Shown one piece after another: positions 35,829 to 44,872 of a DNA stretch of 64,000 nt; position 1 is the first letter of the stretch, and every line of letters begins with the position of its first letter. A program made the position numbers and the translations under genes. This stretch comes from a virus (Duplodnaviria; Heunggongvirae; Uroviricota; Caudoviricetes). Location of the stretch: the IMG/VR virus record IMGVR_UViG_3300020049_008481; one strand, given 5' to 3'. The notes under the pieces are model-generated. The model saw only the letters and a program-made list of their open reading frames with translations, was not told the origin of the DNA and did not search any database.

Positions 35829-36070
35829 TCTTCCTCTTGCTCTTCTGGTTTAATTCTGCCGTTTTCAGCAAGTACGTTGTCAAGGAAATCTTCTGTATCT
35901 TCAATGACGCTTTCTAATTCCCGGCTTAGCCTTTCATTCAGGAATTCTGTATCTATAACTACAGACCTCATCACAGCTATTGCTTTGGTTTGCTCACGCA
36001 TCTCAATGTATTGGATGTTGATGTAGTCATCACTAAAAGCTATTGACGTTACTTTAACTTGATCTGACAT
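35825..36070 (-). CDS. acidic hypothetical protein
   Basis: ORF, overlap tiling. Confidence 0.45.
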   Translation of the reverse strand: MSDQVKVTSIAFSDDYINIQYIEMREQTKAIAVMRSVVIDTEFLNERLSRELESVIEDTEDFLDNVLAENGRIKPEEQEEE

Positions 36071-36597
36071 TATCTGTTAGGTCCATATAGAAACGACTGT
36101 AGTTCTTCGTCAGAACTACTCTTACTAGGGGCTGCACGAACGGCAGTCACGACCTCAGGATTAGCCTCTTCTCTGCCATTCAAGAATGAATCTAATTCAG
36201 GATCACTACCCATAGGGACTCGGCTGATCCGAACTGGTTCAGAGTTCATGTTCGTACCGTCGTATTCAATTTCACCAGTATCAACATCAATGTTTCGGCT
36301 CGGAATCCATTCAGGTTCCGTGTATTCATCACGAACTGTTGGAATACTATTTACTGACATTACTTCTGCCCCAACCACCTTGTAAGTGTTTGTGCGCTTA
36401 ATGTCGCCCTTGGCGGTCTCGGTAATACCGGCTGCCCCAACCCTAGCCACAACCCTGAATTCAACCATATCATCAAATGCTAGCTTGATGTCGTCATTCT
36501 CTTCTAGGTCAAATGAACCATTGAACTTGTTTACATAGATGGTTACAGGTAGCCCATCAAACTGCTCCCTGCCGTCCTTAATGATTTTCACCATCAT
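36070..36597 (-). CDS. hypothetical protein
   Basis: ORF. Confidence 0.5.
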   Translation of the reverse strand: MMVKIIKDGREQFDGLPVTIYVNKFNGSFDLEENDDIKLAFDDMVEFRVVARVGAAGITETAKGDIKRTNTYKVVGAEVMSVNSIPTVRDEYTEPEWIPSRNIDVDTGEIEYDGTNMNSEPVRISRVPMGSDPELDSFLNGREEANPEVVTAVRAAPSKSSSDEELQSFLYGPNR

Positions 36598-36750
36598 TTC
36601 CCACTCCTGACCAGGGGCATCTCCCCTTTTATTAGCTTCATGTTTTTTTCATTGTGCTTCTGCATGCAGATAGCTTGACTAATTTTGATAGGACTATCAT
36701 ATGTCCTCTTACATTGAGGACATTCCCATATCTGTTTAGTTGTGCTCATG
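36595..36750 (-). CDS. small zinc-ribbon-like protein (about 51 aa, CPQC ... C; coordinates +/- 1)
   Basis: ATG to TGA ORF filling the gap, with AAATGATGG stop/start overlap to the downstream gene; below the track length cutoff. Confidence 0.25.
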
Positions 36751-36775
36751 ACAAGCTCAACCCCTTTCGTTTGGT

Positions 36776-37012
36776 TTATATTCCAGCAAATGTTACATTG
36801 ACCTGATCTGGTCGCAACTCTGGGAATAAAGACTCTTCTTGTGTATAATGTTTATTTGGCTCGATAACTGTTATTCTGGCAGACAATGTGCCAATTCTTT
36901 CGGCAACAGCTTTTGCAGTAATTTGCTCAGGTGGATCTTCCCAAAGATCCTCAGGTTCCAACTCCCCTGAAATCCAGTCATAATCCCTCAGGTACAAACT
37001 TATTTTAGTCAT
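36776..37012 (-). CDS. hypothetical small protein
   Basis: ORF. Confidence 0.45.
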   Translation of the reverse strand: MTKISLYLRDYDWISGELEPEDLWEDPPEQITAKAVAERIGTLSARITVIEPNKHYTQEESLFPELRPDQVNVTFAGI

Positions 37013-37455
37013 GCTGCAACTCCTTGTGTCTTAGACCAAGCTTCATAAACTAACTTCCTACCAGACCCAGTAGAGCCAATTAGACGCTCCCGCCAAGCCG
37101 GATCACTCTCAACCTCCAAGGCTTTCACTATGCTTGCCTCCAGAGCCTCGTCAATCGGCTCCAGAGCGCCTGTAAGCTCAGGGATGGCTCCTGCTGCCCA
37201 AGCGTACCTGTAAGAGCTTACAACGCCTTCTGGCGTTGCATATCTCTTCTTACGGGCATGACACCAATCCGCCACTCGAACAAGTGTTCTGTAATCACAA
37301 TGAGGGTACTCTTTAAAAAATGCCTTAAGTGATCGGTTAAGGATAGCTATCTGCTTACCTGTAGGGTACGGAATCCCCATTCTCTGCTGGCAGTATCTAG
37401 CAAAACTCTTGCCATCTACAACGTCCTCAACTTTAGTATAACTAGTGAAACCCAT
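37009..37455 (-). CDS. hypothetical protein
   Basis: ORF, ATGA overlap with primase-helicase. Confidence 0.5.
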   Translation of the reverse strand: MGFTSYTKVEDVVDGKSFARYCQQRMGIPYPTGKQIAILNRSLKAFFKEYPHCDYRTLVRVADWCHARKKRYATPEGVVSSYRYAWAAGAIPELTGALEPIDEALEASIVKALEVESDPAWRERLIGSTGSGRKLVYEAWSKTQGVAA

Positions 37456-40404
37456 TTACTCTCCCAATCCTAATTCTGCCTGCCAGTTAAACAAGTCATC
37501 GTCTGGTACAATAATTCTCCTATCACCCGTAGCATGCCGGTAGATTGCAGTCTCAAAGTTATCACGCTGCTGCTCCATTTTAAGCTCATCTTTAGCTCTT
37601 AAGACTAAGGGGTCGCCCTGCGGGATCATAGCTAGAGACAAAGGAGCGAACTGGAAAGAAGTCAAGGCATTCTTACCTCCGTGTCTTGACTTAAGAATTC
37701 TCATCTTAACTTCACCAGTTTTTTCATCCTCCTGCCTGCCTTTAATGTTGTCATCTGAAAATAAAGAGAATACGAAATCTGCAGTTTCCTCTACAGTGCC
37801 AGCGTCTCTAGCACTATCAGCTTCAATCTCTTCACCAAACTTAGTCCCACGGTTCACCTGATGCGGTGTGAATATCGTTAACTTCAAATCCTTAGCTATA
37901 GCCTTCATTTCCATGATGGCTGCGCCAGTGCGTTCGTACCCCTCACCTTTAAAGGACCTTGCCCAGTAACCTAGATAATCTACACCAACAAAATCTGGCT
38001 TAGCACCTAGTTCAAACTCGTACTGCTCTACGCAGTTTATAAATTCATCGGGGGTTACACGGTTTTTGTCAATAATTAAAAGTCTATCTCTAAAGAAATC
38101 CAGACAATCTCTATCACTAGCTTGCGGATTATAGAACCTATAGATCCGTCTAGCACGTTCGAACCACTCAGCCCGCGTTTGCTCTAAAGAGACAAACAAT
38201 ATCTTCTTACTAGGATCTGACATCAATAATCTATGGAAGATATTGAGAATCATAATAGTATTGTGTGTAACAATATGAGACTTCTCAATGAGATATAAAG
38301 AATCCTCAGAGTCTACAGAAATACACCTAATCTCAGACTCGCCCTCAGGCTTAATTGATACTATAGCTCGCATCGGGGTTGTCTTATTTATTACCGTAGG
38401 TTCTATATTCTTCCTAATAGATGAAAATGCTTTTATCTCATCTGGTAACATAATTGACAATTGACCTTCCGGTACAACATCTTCATTCCTCTGAATCCAA
38501 GATTCCATAGCAGTACCACCGAGAGAAGTTACAAGCCTTATCATGTCTTTCAAAAGCTGTCTAGATGAACTGTAATAATTACATGACTTGCGATTCTGAT
38601 TTTGTCTACTACTGCCATCACCATCCATAAGTCCTTGCAATAATGCCACTCTCTGCTCCACCGAAGAGACGAAATACTCTTCCGGGATAAACTTTAAACC
38701 ACTTTTTACATTTAACCCCATCCCCCTAATGGTAGAAATCAAATTATGAATTGTATATGCATCACAAACATCACCTTTACGGTTAATTTTTACAACAGTG
38801 TATACCTCTCGCACCCTAGCAGCCACTTCGGGATCAGGGGTGGTTAAAGCTACAGAACCCCCAGCTAAGTATCCATTAGATATCAAAGCGCCTAAGGTGT
38901 ACGGATCGACAGGTAAATCCTTATGATCGTATTGGACGGGAGAACACATGGGGATCTTGTAACGATACTCTCTATTCTTATATCCAGCATGAAGATTCTT
39001 AGACATCAAATCCTTTGTTGAATAATTAGAAGATTTTATCCATTTTCTCTCACGACCATATCGCTCTAAAACTGTCCAAATATGATCACCATCTACAATA
39101 GTAGACGTGCGATCACTAAAAGTAACCCTATATGTCTGCAATACCCCACGGTCAAATACATCTGTTATTCTAGTTGGGTGACCATTGCTACCAAAAACAT
39201 AGTCTCCAACTTCTAAATCTCCCCATTTTCTAATTCCATTAGGAGTGGGAACATCAGTATCTAAGGGGTGACCTTTTCCAACATTTGTTTTTGCAAGCAT
39301 AACAGCAACCTGGCCTGGTTTCAGACCTGGCTGGATGCGAGAATCTATAGATTCGATGCCAAGCTTCAATCCACCAGTGAACCGATCTTCTTCCCACTCA
39401 TCCCATGCTTCATCTACGCTTAGAAGAATACCACCCCTAGCTTTAATAAGCAACATCTTAAAGTCGTCCGCAGAATGTTGCTTACCAATAAGCCATTCGG
39501 TAGGGTCATTCTTTGTGCCGTCATCATCATCTGGCGGCATCTTGACAATCTTGGCCCGAGCGCCAATCGAAATAGAAATCTTCTCTGCACCACGAGCGCC
39601 AGTCTCGTCAGCATCTAGACAGACATAGACCCTGGAAGCCGAAGATAGGTAGTCATTCCAACCGTCTTGCCATGATAGCTCTCCCGGAACCCCAACAGCG
39701 TCAAAACCATACTGCTCCAATACCATCGCATCAAACTCACCGGCTGCAACCACGACCTCCGTGCTGGTCGCCACCCTATCCGCATTGAACAGTTTGGCTT
39801 TATGGCCAGTAGGGGTTAGGTATTTGTTTTTAGAGTTATCTAGTTTCCGTCCACGAATTTGAAGCACCTTACCGAAGCTTAGATAAGGAATAGCGATGCA
39901 CCCTGCTAAGAATTCTCTGCCATACTGGTCCATCATGCCAGACGCAATAACCTCTTCTTTAGTGAACCCCTGCTTAAACAGTAATGGTATAAGAGATTTG
40001 CCATCCGAATACCCTAGCTTATGTGATTCAATTGTTTCAAAAGTTAAACCACGTTCGTCCTTAAGATAATCGTAAGCAAATTCATTCTCAGCTAAAGACT
40101 CGTAGTAGTGCTCTGCTGCTGACTGCAAGACCTGCGACACCCTATAAGAATTCTCTATTTGAGAATCCTCTTTCAAAACTGGGTCACCGAAATGCTTACG
40201 AAGCTTATTTAGTGCACCACGTTCGTCGCATAAGAAACAAGTGAACAGCCCAGGAGGGTCGCCACTTGGGTCAACGTTAATATACAATCTTCCCCTTGAA
40301 GACTGATCCTCGTTACAAAAGAAGCAGGGACCATGAATTTCATTGTTCCCTGCTCTCTTGAAAGGCCACTTCTTATCTAAAAGATAACCTTCTACATCTG
40401 CCAC
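37456..40404 (-). CDS. primase-helicase (zinc-binding domain + TOPRIM primase + DnaB-family helicase) interrupted by an intein
   Basis: N-terminal CFFC...CFLC zinc finger; TOPRIM VVVAAGEFDAMV ... VCLDADETG; P-loop AKTNVGK then about 338 aa of intein before the helicase resumes (T)IMILNIFHRL; C-terminal RecA-fold helicase blocks. Confidence 0.8.
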   Translation of the reverse strand: MADVEGYLLDKKWPFKRAGNNEIHGPCFFCNEDQSSRGRLYINVDPSGDPPGLFTCFLCDERGALNKLRKHFGDPVLKEDSQIENSYRVSQVLQSAAEHYYESLAENEFAYDYLKDERGLTFETIESHKLGYSDGKSLIPLLFKQGFTKEEVIASGMMDQYGREFLAGCIAIPYLSFGKVLQIRGRKLDNSKNKYLTPTGHKAKLFNADRVATSTEVVVAAGEFDAMVLEQYGFDAVGVPGELSWQDGWNDYLSSASRVYVCLDADETGARGAEKISISIGARAKIVKMPPDDDDGTKNDPTEWLIGKQHSADDFKMLLIKARGGILLSVDEAWDEWEEDRFTGGLKLGIESIDSRIQPGLKPGQVAVMLAKTNVGKGHPLDTDVPTPNGIRKWGDLEVGDYVFGSNGHPTRITDVFDRGVLQTYRVTFSDRTSTIVDGDHIWTVLERYGRERKWIKSSNYSTKDLMSKNLHAGYKNREYRYKIPMCSPVQYDHKDLPVDPYTLGALISNGYLAGGSVALTTPDPEVAARVREVYTVVKINRKGDVCDAYTIHNLISTIRGMGLNVKSGLKFIPEEYFVSSVEQRVALLQGLMDGDGSSRQNQNRKSCNYYSSSRQLLKDMIRLVTSLGGTAMESWIQRNEDVVPEGQLSIMLPDEIKAFSSIRKNIEPTVINKTTPMRAIVSIKPEGESEIRCISVDSEDSLYLIEKSHIVTHNTIMILNIFHRLLMSDPSKKILFVSLEQTRAEWFERARRIYRFYNPQASDRDCLDFFRDRLLIIDKNRVTPDEFINCVEQYEFELGAKPDFVGVDYLGYWARSFKGEGYERTGAAIMEMKAIAKDLKLTIFTPHQVNRGTKFGEEIEADSARDAGTVEETADFVFSLFSDDNIKGRQEDEKTGEVKMRILKSRHGGKNALTSFQFAPLSLAMIPQGDPLVLRAKDELKMEQQRDNFETAIYRHATGDRRIIVPDDDLFNWQAELGLGE
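38260..39273 (-). other. class-3-like (WCT) intein with LAGLIDADG homing-endonuclease domain inserted in the helicase P-loop
   Basis: No Cys/Ser at intein position 1 (G/HPLDTDVPTPNG block A). Block B DHIW. Two LAGLIDADG-like motifs (LGALISNGYLAGG, LLQGLMDGDGSS). Block F Cys (IRCISV). C-terminal VTHN followed by Thr +1. Confidence 0.6.
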
Positions 40405-40411
40405 TTACCAC

Positions 40412-41371
40412 CTAAACTTTCATTAAATCATTGGAAATCCTATTGAACAAATCTTCGTCAGAAAGTGTAAGCTTAGCAGCCTCTCTACCCTGGCCTAATT
40501 TCTCTTCGCCATAATAGAACCATGCACCGCTTTTGCGAACTACCTCTTCCTGTACAGCTACGTCTAACAGGGAACCAGTCTGTGAAATTCCCTCACCATA
40601 CATAATGTCAAACTCTGCTTGCTTGAACGGTGGGGCCATGCGATTCTTAATAACCTTCACCCGAGTTCTATTGCCAATAATCTCCACACCATTTTTGATA
40701 GATTCAATACGTCTAATATCTAATCTGACACTAGCATAGAACCTTAAAGCTCGACCACCCGACGTGGTTTCTGGTGAACCGAACAGGATGCCTATCTTTT
40801 CTCTAATCTGATTAATAAAGAAAACTGTAGTATGAGTCTTAGATACCGTGCCAGTAAGCTTTCTCATAGCCTGGGACATTAGACGGGCGTGCAGCCCAAC
40901 GTGTGAGTCCCCCATGTCCCCATTAAGCTCTGCAGCGGGCACCAGGGCTGCCACAGAGTCCACGACTACCAAAGCTACCTCACCAGTAGCTGCGACCCTT
41001 AGAACGATTTCTAGAGCCTCTTCGCCTGTAGTGGGCTGCGAGATGAGTAGATCATCAACATTAACCCCAATACGTTCAGCATATGTAGGGTCAAGCGCAT
41101 GTTCTGTATCAACATACACACACTTACCACCCTTCTCCTGTGCTGACTTAACAAGGTGCAAAGCAAGGGTGCTCTTCCCACTTCCCTCCGGGCCGAAGCA
41201 TTCAATCACTCGCCCCTTAGGTAAGCCGCCAATACCTAATGCCCTATCTAAAGCAATGCAGCCGGTAGGGATAACTTCAATTTCTAAATTAGGGGCATCA
41301 CCCATTGCGATGATTGATCCCTCTCCGTAGTCTTTATTGATAGCTTTAATTTCGTCATCTAACTTTGTCAC
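40412..41371 (-). CDS. recA: RecA recombinase
   Basis: [33 protein letters not shown] Walker A block and overall RecA core; 319 aa. Confidence 0.85.
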   Translation of the reverse strand: MTKLDDEIKAINKDYGEGSIIAMGDAPNLEIEVIPTGCIALDRALGIGGLPKGRVIECFGPEGSGKSTLALHLVKSAQEKGGKCVYVDTEHALDPTYAERIGVNVDDLLISQPTTGEEALEIVLRVAATGEVALVVVDSVAALVPAAELNGDMGDSHVGLHARLMSQAMRKLTGTVSKTHTTVFFINQIREKIGILFGSPETTSGGRALRFYASVRLDIRRIESIKNGVEIIGNRTRVKVIKNRMAPPFKQAEFDIMYGEGISQTGSLLDVAVQEEVVRKSGAWFYYGEEKLGQGREAAKLTLSDEDLFNRISNDLMKV

Positions 41372-41444
41372 ATAATCTCCTAATAACTAAAAGAAGGGAG
41401 CGATGAACACGCTCCCTTCTTGGCCTTAAACTAAAGCTTACAGA

Positions 41445-41903
41445 CTAAAACGGATCATCGGCTACATACGGGTCGGCTGACGAAGACCCCGAACGAAGCA
41501 CGTCCGCAACAAAGTTCTTCTCAACAGTGGTCCCATCGGCAGCGATCTTGCGCCGAGTGCCAATCACAACCTTAGCAACCATACCGACAAGATCCTCAGG
41601 CTCAAACTCAAAGCCCACAGGGATGCCATCAAACCCTAGGATAGACTGCACCCAGGCCCGAAGCTTACAGTCGGGGTGAAGCGTGAAAGTGGTAGGAGTA
41701 TTGCCGAATACCATTCGGCCACTAAACTCACCTTCCGTGATCTTGAAATGAAAAGATACCTGCTGCTTTTTGCCCTTAGAAGGATCATTCTCATCAATAT
41801 CATAGAACGAATCACGTACCTCACACTTAGTAATTTCTACCGGATGAACAGTGCCCTCGGGGATTGCCTCTTCTACTTCGTACTCACCTAGCTTAAATGT
41901 CAT
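41445..41903 (-). CDS. putative ssDNA-binding protein (acidic C-terminal ...ADDPF tail)
   Basis: The C-terminal DDPF resembles the SSB DDDIPF protein-interaction tail. Position between RecA and recombination ATPase. OB-fold not verified. Confidence 0.35.
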   Translation of the reverse strand: MTFKLGEYEVEEAIPEGTVHPVEITKCEVRDSFYDIDENDPSKGKKQQVSFHFKITEGEFSGRMVFGNTPTTFTLHPDCKLRAWVQSILGFDGIPVGFEFEPEDLVGMVAKVVIGTRRKIAADGTTVEKNFVADVLRSGSSSADPYVADDPF

Positions 41904-41944
41904 TATTTTCCCTCTCTCATTAAGTCACTACTATTTGTAGATTT

Positions 41945-42979
41945 TTACTTCTTAGCCTTTTCAAGATAATGATCCCGACAAAGCACATTCCTATAACGGA
42001 TCTTACTTAACTCTGATTGCTTCTTAGCTACCATCTCTGTACAACCATCTACATCACATGGATATTCCTCTTCTGGCTCAGAAGATTCAGGGGCAATACT
42101 TGACATGGTTTTCTTCCTGTTAGCTATCTCAACAGCAACCTCTTCTTCTTTAATAGCATCCTTGATGATGTCATCATCAGTAGTCCCATTAGCTTTAATC
42201 AGTGCTTCGTCGCTAATGTTAATTTCAACCGTGTCCTTCAAATCTACATCACCATAAATGTAGGATACGATCCTATCGTAGTCATCTTCAAAGTTGACAG
42301 GGATTTCAGCAGGCAACTTACCCGAACGGTCCTTAACCCAGGGGAACTGGGGGGACTGCACAGTCGTAAGAACCCGGACCTGCTTTCTCACTGGCTTATT
42401 GTCCACTAATTCGCTGACAGTGTTGGTCTTTAGTAGCAGAGCCAGGTCAACATAGCCAGTAATCTGCTTACCCATTTCACCTTGGATACCTGGGTTGAAC
42501 CAGATCTGCCCACTGTCCCCGTCATTGACTTCCTTTAGATGCACAGTGAAGATAACATTCATTTCAAGGTTTCTAAAACCAGAAACAATAGCTTGCATCT
42601 GTGAACCGATGAAACCCCAATCCTGAAGATTGGTTGCGTCTCGGCGCTGTGAGGCAAGCCGCTCACGAATGATGATTCTTTGCACCTCATCGATTGTATC
42701 GATGACCACAGTTTCAACAGGAAAACCTAATGTCTGCTCACGTACCAGGGGGTCCTGGTCTAGCATGCGTTTCAGGTTGAGAAGGTCATCCAACGACTTA
42801 ATTTCAACGAAAGGGATATCCCTATCAGCAATCGACATAAGTCCTGCTTCAGCAGAAGCATAAATAGGATTCGGGAAGCAACTCGATAGTAAGGTCTTAC
42901 CAGCACCGGAGTTTCCCGCAATTAGTGCTTTTATGTAGCGTCCATAGTCAGACGCACCTGTTCTTTTGATCTGTAACAT
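41945..42979 (-). CDS. AAA_24-type RecA-fold ATPase (Sak4-like) with C-terminal Cys cluster
   Basis: LIAGNSGAGKTLLSSCFPNPIYASAEAG Walker A block typical of phage AAA_24 ATPases; C-terminal CDVDGC...C..H zinc-ribbon-like. Confidence 0.55.
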   Translation of the reverse strand: MLQIKRTGASDYGRYIKALIAGNSGAGKTLLSSCFPNPIYASAEAGLMSIADRDIPFVEIKSLDDLLNLKRMLDQDPLVREQTLGFPVETVVIDTIDEVQRIIIRERLASQRRDATNLQDWGFIGSQMQAIVSGFRNLEMNVIFTVHLKEVNDGDSGQIWFNPGIQGEMGKQITGYVDLALLLKTNTVSELVDNKPVRKQVRVLTTVQSPQFPWVKDRSGKLPAEIPVNFEDDYDRIVSYIYGDVDLKDTVEINISDEALIKANGTTDDDIIKDAIKEEEVAVEIANRKKTMSSIAPESSEPEEEYPCDVDGCTEMVAKKQSELSKIRYRNVLCRDHYLEKAKK

Positions 42980-43067
42980 ATCTCTTTTCTTTCTTCGCCA
43001 TCTCTGGACTTAATCAATAAGCATTTGCTTTATTGGATATATTATACCACATATTGAAAATGTTTGC

Positions 43068-43928
43068 TTAAACTTCTGCAGTCACAAGTGCCTCTTCTGC
43101 AAGTTCTTTAGGGATAGGAACACCACAAGGATCGGTGTAGGGGCACCACACACAACTTTCACCAATGTTAGGAACAAACACACCAGCATCCTGTGCCTTT
43201 TCGATTTCAGTCACCAGACGGTACAGCCTATAGAAGTCATCATCATCTCTTGGCCCCGCATCAATATCTTTCATATTCATCAGATGAACCCATATGGCTT
43301 TACGATTGATTCGCTTGAAAGCTTCAAAGTAATCTTCACCACCAGGGATGCCAGGATAATCAGGACCGTTACCCATCCAGAACTCTGGCTGAAGCGAAGC
43401 ATAATAATAAACCGTGAACTGCTGGTTCAGGAACAACTCAATCTTAGTGGGCTGACGCCCCGCCGTCTTGTAGTCACAGATACGCAAAGTACGATGGCCG
43501 TTGCCTGCTTTCTTAACTTCCAGCAAGTCAACCACACCTTTAAGTTCATGATCCCCGAATGGCACTAAGAATTTATGTTCGGTCGCAAGAATCTGTCGAT
43601 TCTCCCACTTGACTTTATCATAGTATAGGTTTAGTATTTCTACGCCCTTATCACGCAGCCCACCGTAGGTCGTGTTCCTAGGCCAGAAATCAATTATGGA
43701 ACCTATCTTGTCTGGGTTATCCCATAGATCTTTAAAACGCTCAATGCAATTTTCGATAGAAACGCCCTTGTTTAGATCTTCTAGGCACATGTGGATAATT
43801 GTGCCGAACACGGCCTTAGCATTAACTCTATCTTCGACCTCTAGTGTTTCCTTAAAGTGTCCCTTTAATGGACAAGAATTCCATAAACTTAATGTAGAGT
43901 AACTAATTCGCATGTGATTGCCTTTCAA
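43068..43928 (-). CDS. RecB-family / Cas4-like PD-(D/E)XK exonuclease with C-terminal Cys cluster
   Basis: LRICDYKTAG (DYK catalytic motif) and C-terminal CVWCPYTDPCG three-Cys cluster, as in Cas4/AddB Fe-S nucleases; N-terminal Cys (WNSCPLKG). Confidence 0.6.
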   Translation of the reverse strand: MKGNHMRISYSTLSLWNSCPLKGHFKETLEVEDRVNAKAVFGTIIHMCLEDLNKGVSIENCIERFKDLWDNPDKIGSIIDFWPRNTTYGGLRDKGVEILNLYYDKVKWENRQILATEHKFLVPFGDHELKGVVDLLEVKKAGNGHRTLRICDYKTAGRQPTKIELFLNQQFTVYYYASLQPEFWMGNGPDYPGIPGGEDYFEAFKRINRKAIWVHLMNMKDIDAGPRDDDDFYRLYRLVTEIEKAQDAGVFVPNIGESCVWCPYTDPCGVPIPKELAEEALVTAEV

Positions 43929-44637
43929 ATGGAGATTTTGCTTTTAAGTTTTGACGTTCTAACCTACCACGAATGCTACTCCCTGATACGCCCAACTGCC
44001 TACCCGCTCCCAAGTAACCACTTCGTTCAACTAATTGCACTAATTCAGAATTTTCAGGCCAATTAATCTTAGTTCGTTCATTTCTGAAGGATGTTTTTTG
44101 CTTAAAGGAAGAGCATTTTCTACATCTTTTAGAATATTGAGATATAGGGTCACCACAATCAGGACAAGAAAATACTTTTCTTGGAGTATACTGTTGCACA
44201 GTTAAGACTCCATGGCAGTTAGCACATAAAATTTGAAGATTCTCTAAAATATTATTTGCCCTACTTCCATCAATATGATGAACTTCTAAAGGAATTTTAC
44301 TATTATTCCATTCAGTCCTTAAACAAATTTCACACTGTTCTTCCTTATATCCGTATTGAACCAAACGTACCCTAAGTCTCTTAGGGCATTCTTCTGTTTT
44401 GACTTTTCCAGAAAGAACATCAGCAAGCAAGACCCTTCCTTCTCTATGTTTTCTAGAAGTGTTAAAGTGTGAAAAATCTATACCATATTTTACAGACATA
44501 CGTTTAAAATGTTTAGACATTGCTTCTTGTGATCCGAATATACTACATACCTCAATCCATGAATTACTTCTAGCCACCGCTGACTCTATCATTTCTGGCG
44601 TATATTTTACATTCATTTCCAACCACTCGAATTCCAC
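43903..44637 (-). CDS. HNH homing endonuclease
   Basis: CEICLRTEWNNSKIPLEVHHIDGSRANNILENLQILCANCH HNH motif; extra CPDC...CRKC zinc finger. Confidence 0.65.
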   Translation of the reverse strand: MEFEWLEMNVKYTPEMIESAVARSNSWIEVCSIFGSQEAMSKHFKRMSVKYGIDFSHFNTSRKHREGRVLLADVLSGKVKTEECPKRLRVRLVQYGYKEEQCEICLRTEWNNSKIPLEVHHIDGSRANNILENLQILCANCHGVLTVQQYTPRKVFSCPDCGDPISQYSKRCRKCSSFKQKTSFRNERTKINWPENSELVQLVERSGYLGAGRQLGVSGSSIRGRLERQNLKAKSPFERQSHAN

Positions 44638-44662
44638 AACTTCAAAGTGCTGTAGCTAATTC

Positions 44663-44872
44663 TCATTTGTCTTCTCCAAAAAGTATAAAGTATATCTCAT
44701 ACACGTTAGCATTTAAGCACCTCATCAAAGAAGCAAATGCATGGACAGTCGGAGACATGGCACCCGATTCAATTTTAGAAACGTATGCAGGCGATAACCC
44801 AGCTTTCAACGAAAGCTCTCGGGCACTTATTCCACTTCTTTTTCTTAACTCATGAAAAAGAATTACATTCAT
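44663..44872 (-). CDS. XRE-family helix-turn-helix protein (69 aa)
   Basis: LRKRSGISARELSLKAGLSPAYVSKIESG HTH_3 signature. Confidence 0.55.
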   Translation of the reverse strand: MNVILFHELRKRSGISARELSLKAGLSPAYVSKIESGAMSPTVHAFASLMRCLNANVYEIYFILFGEDK

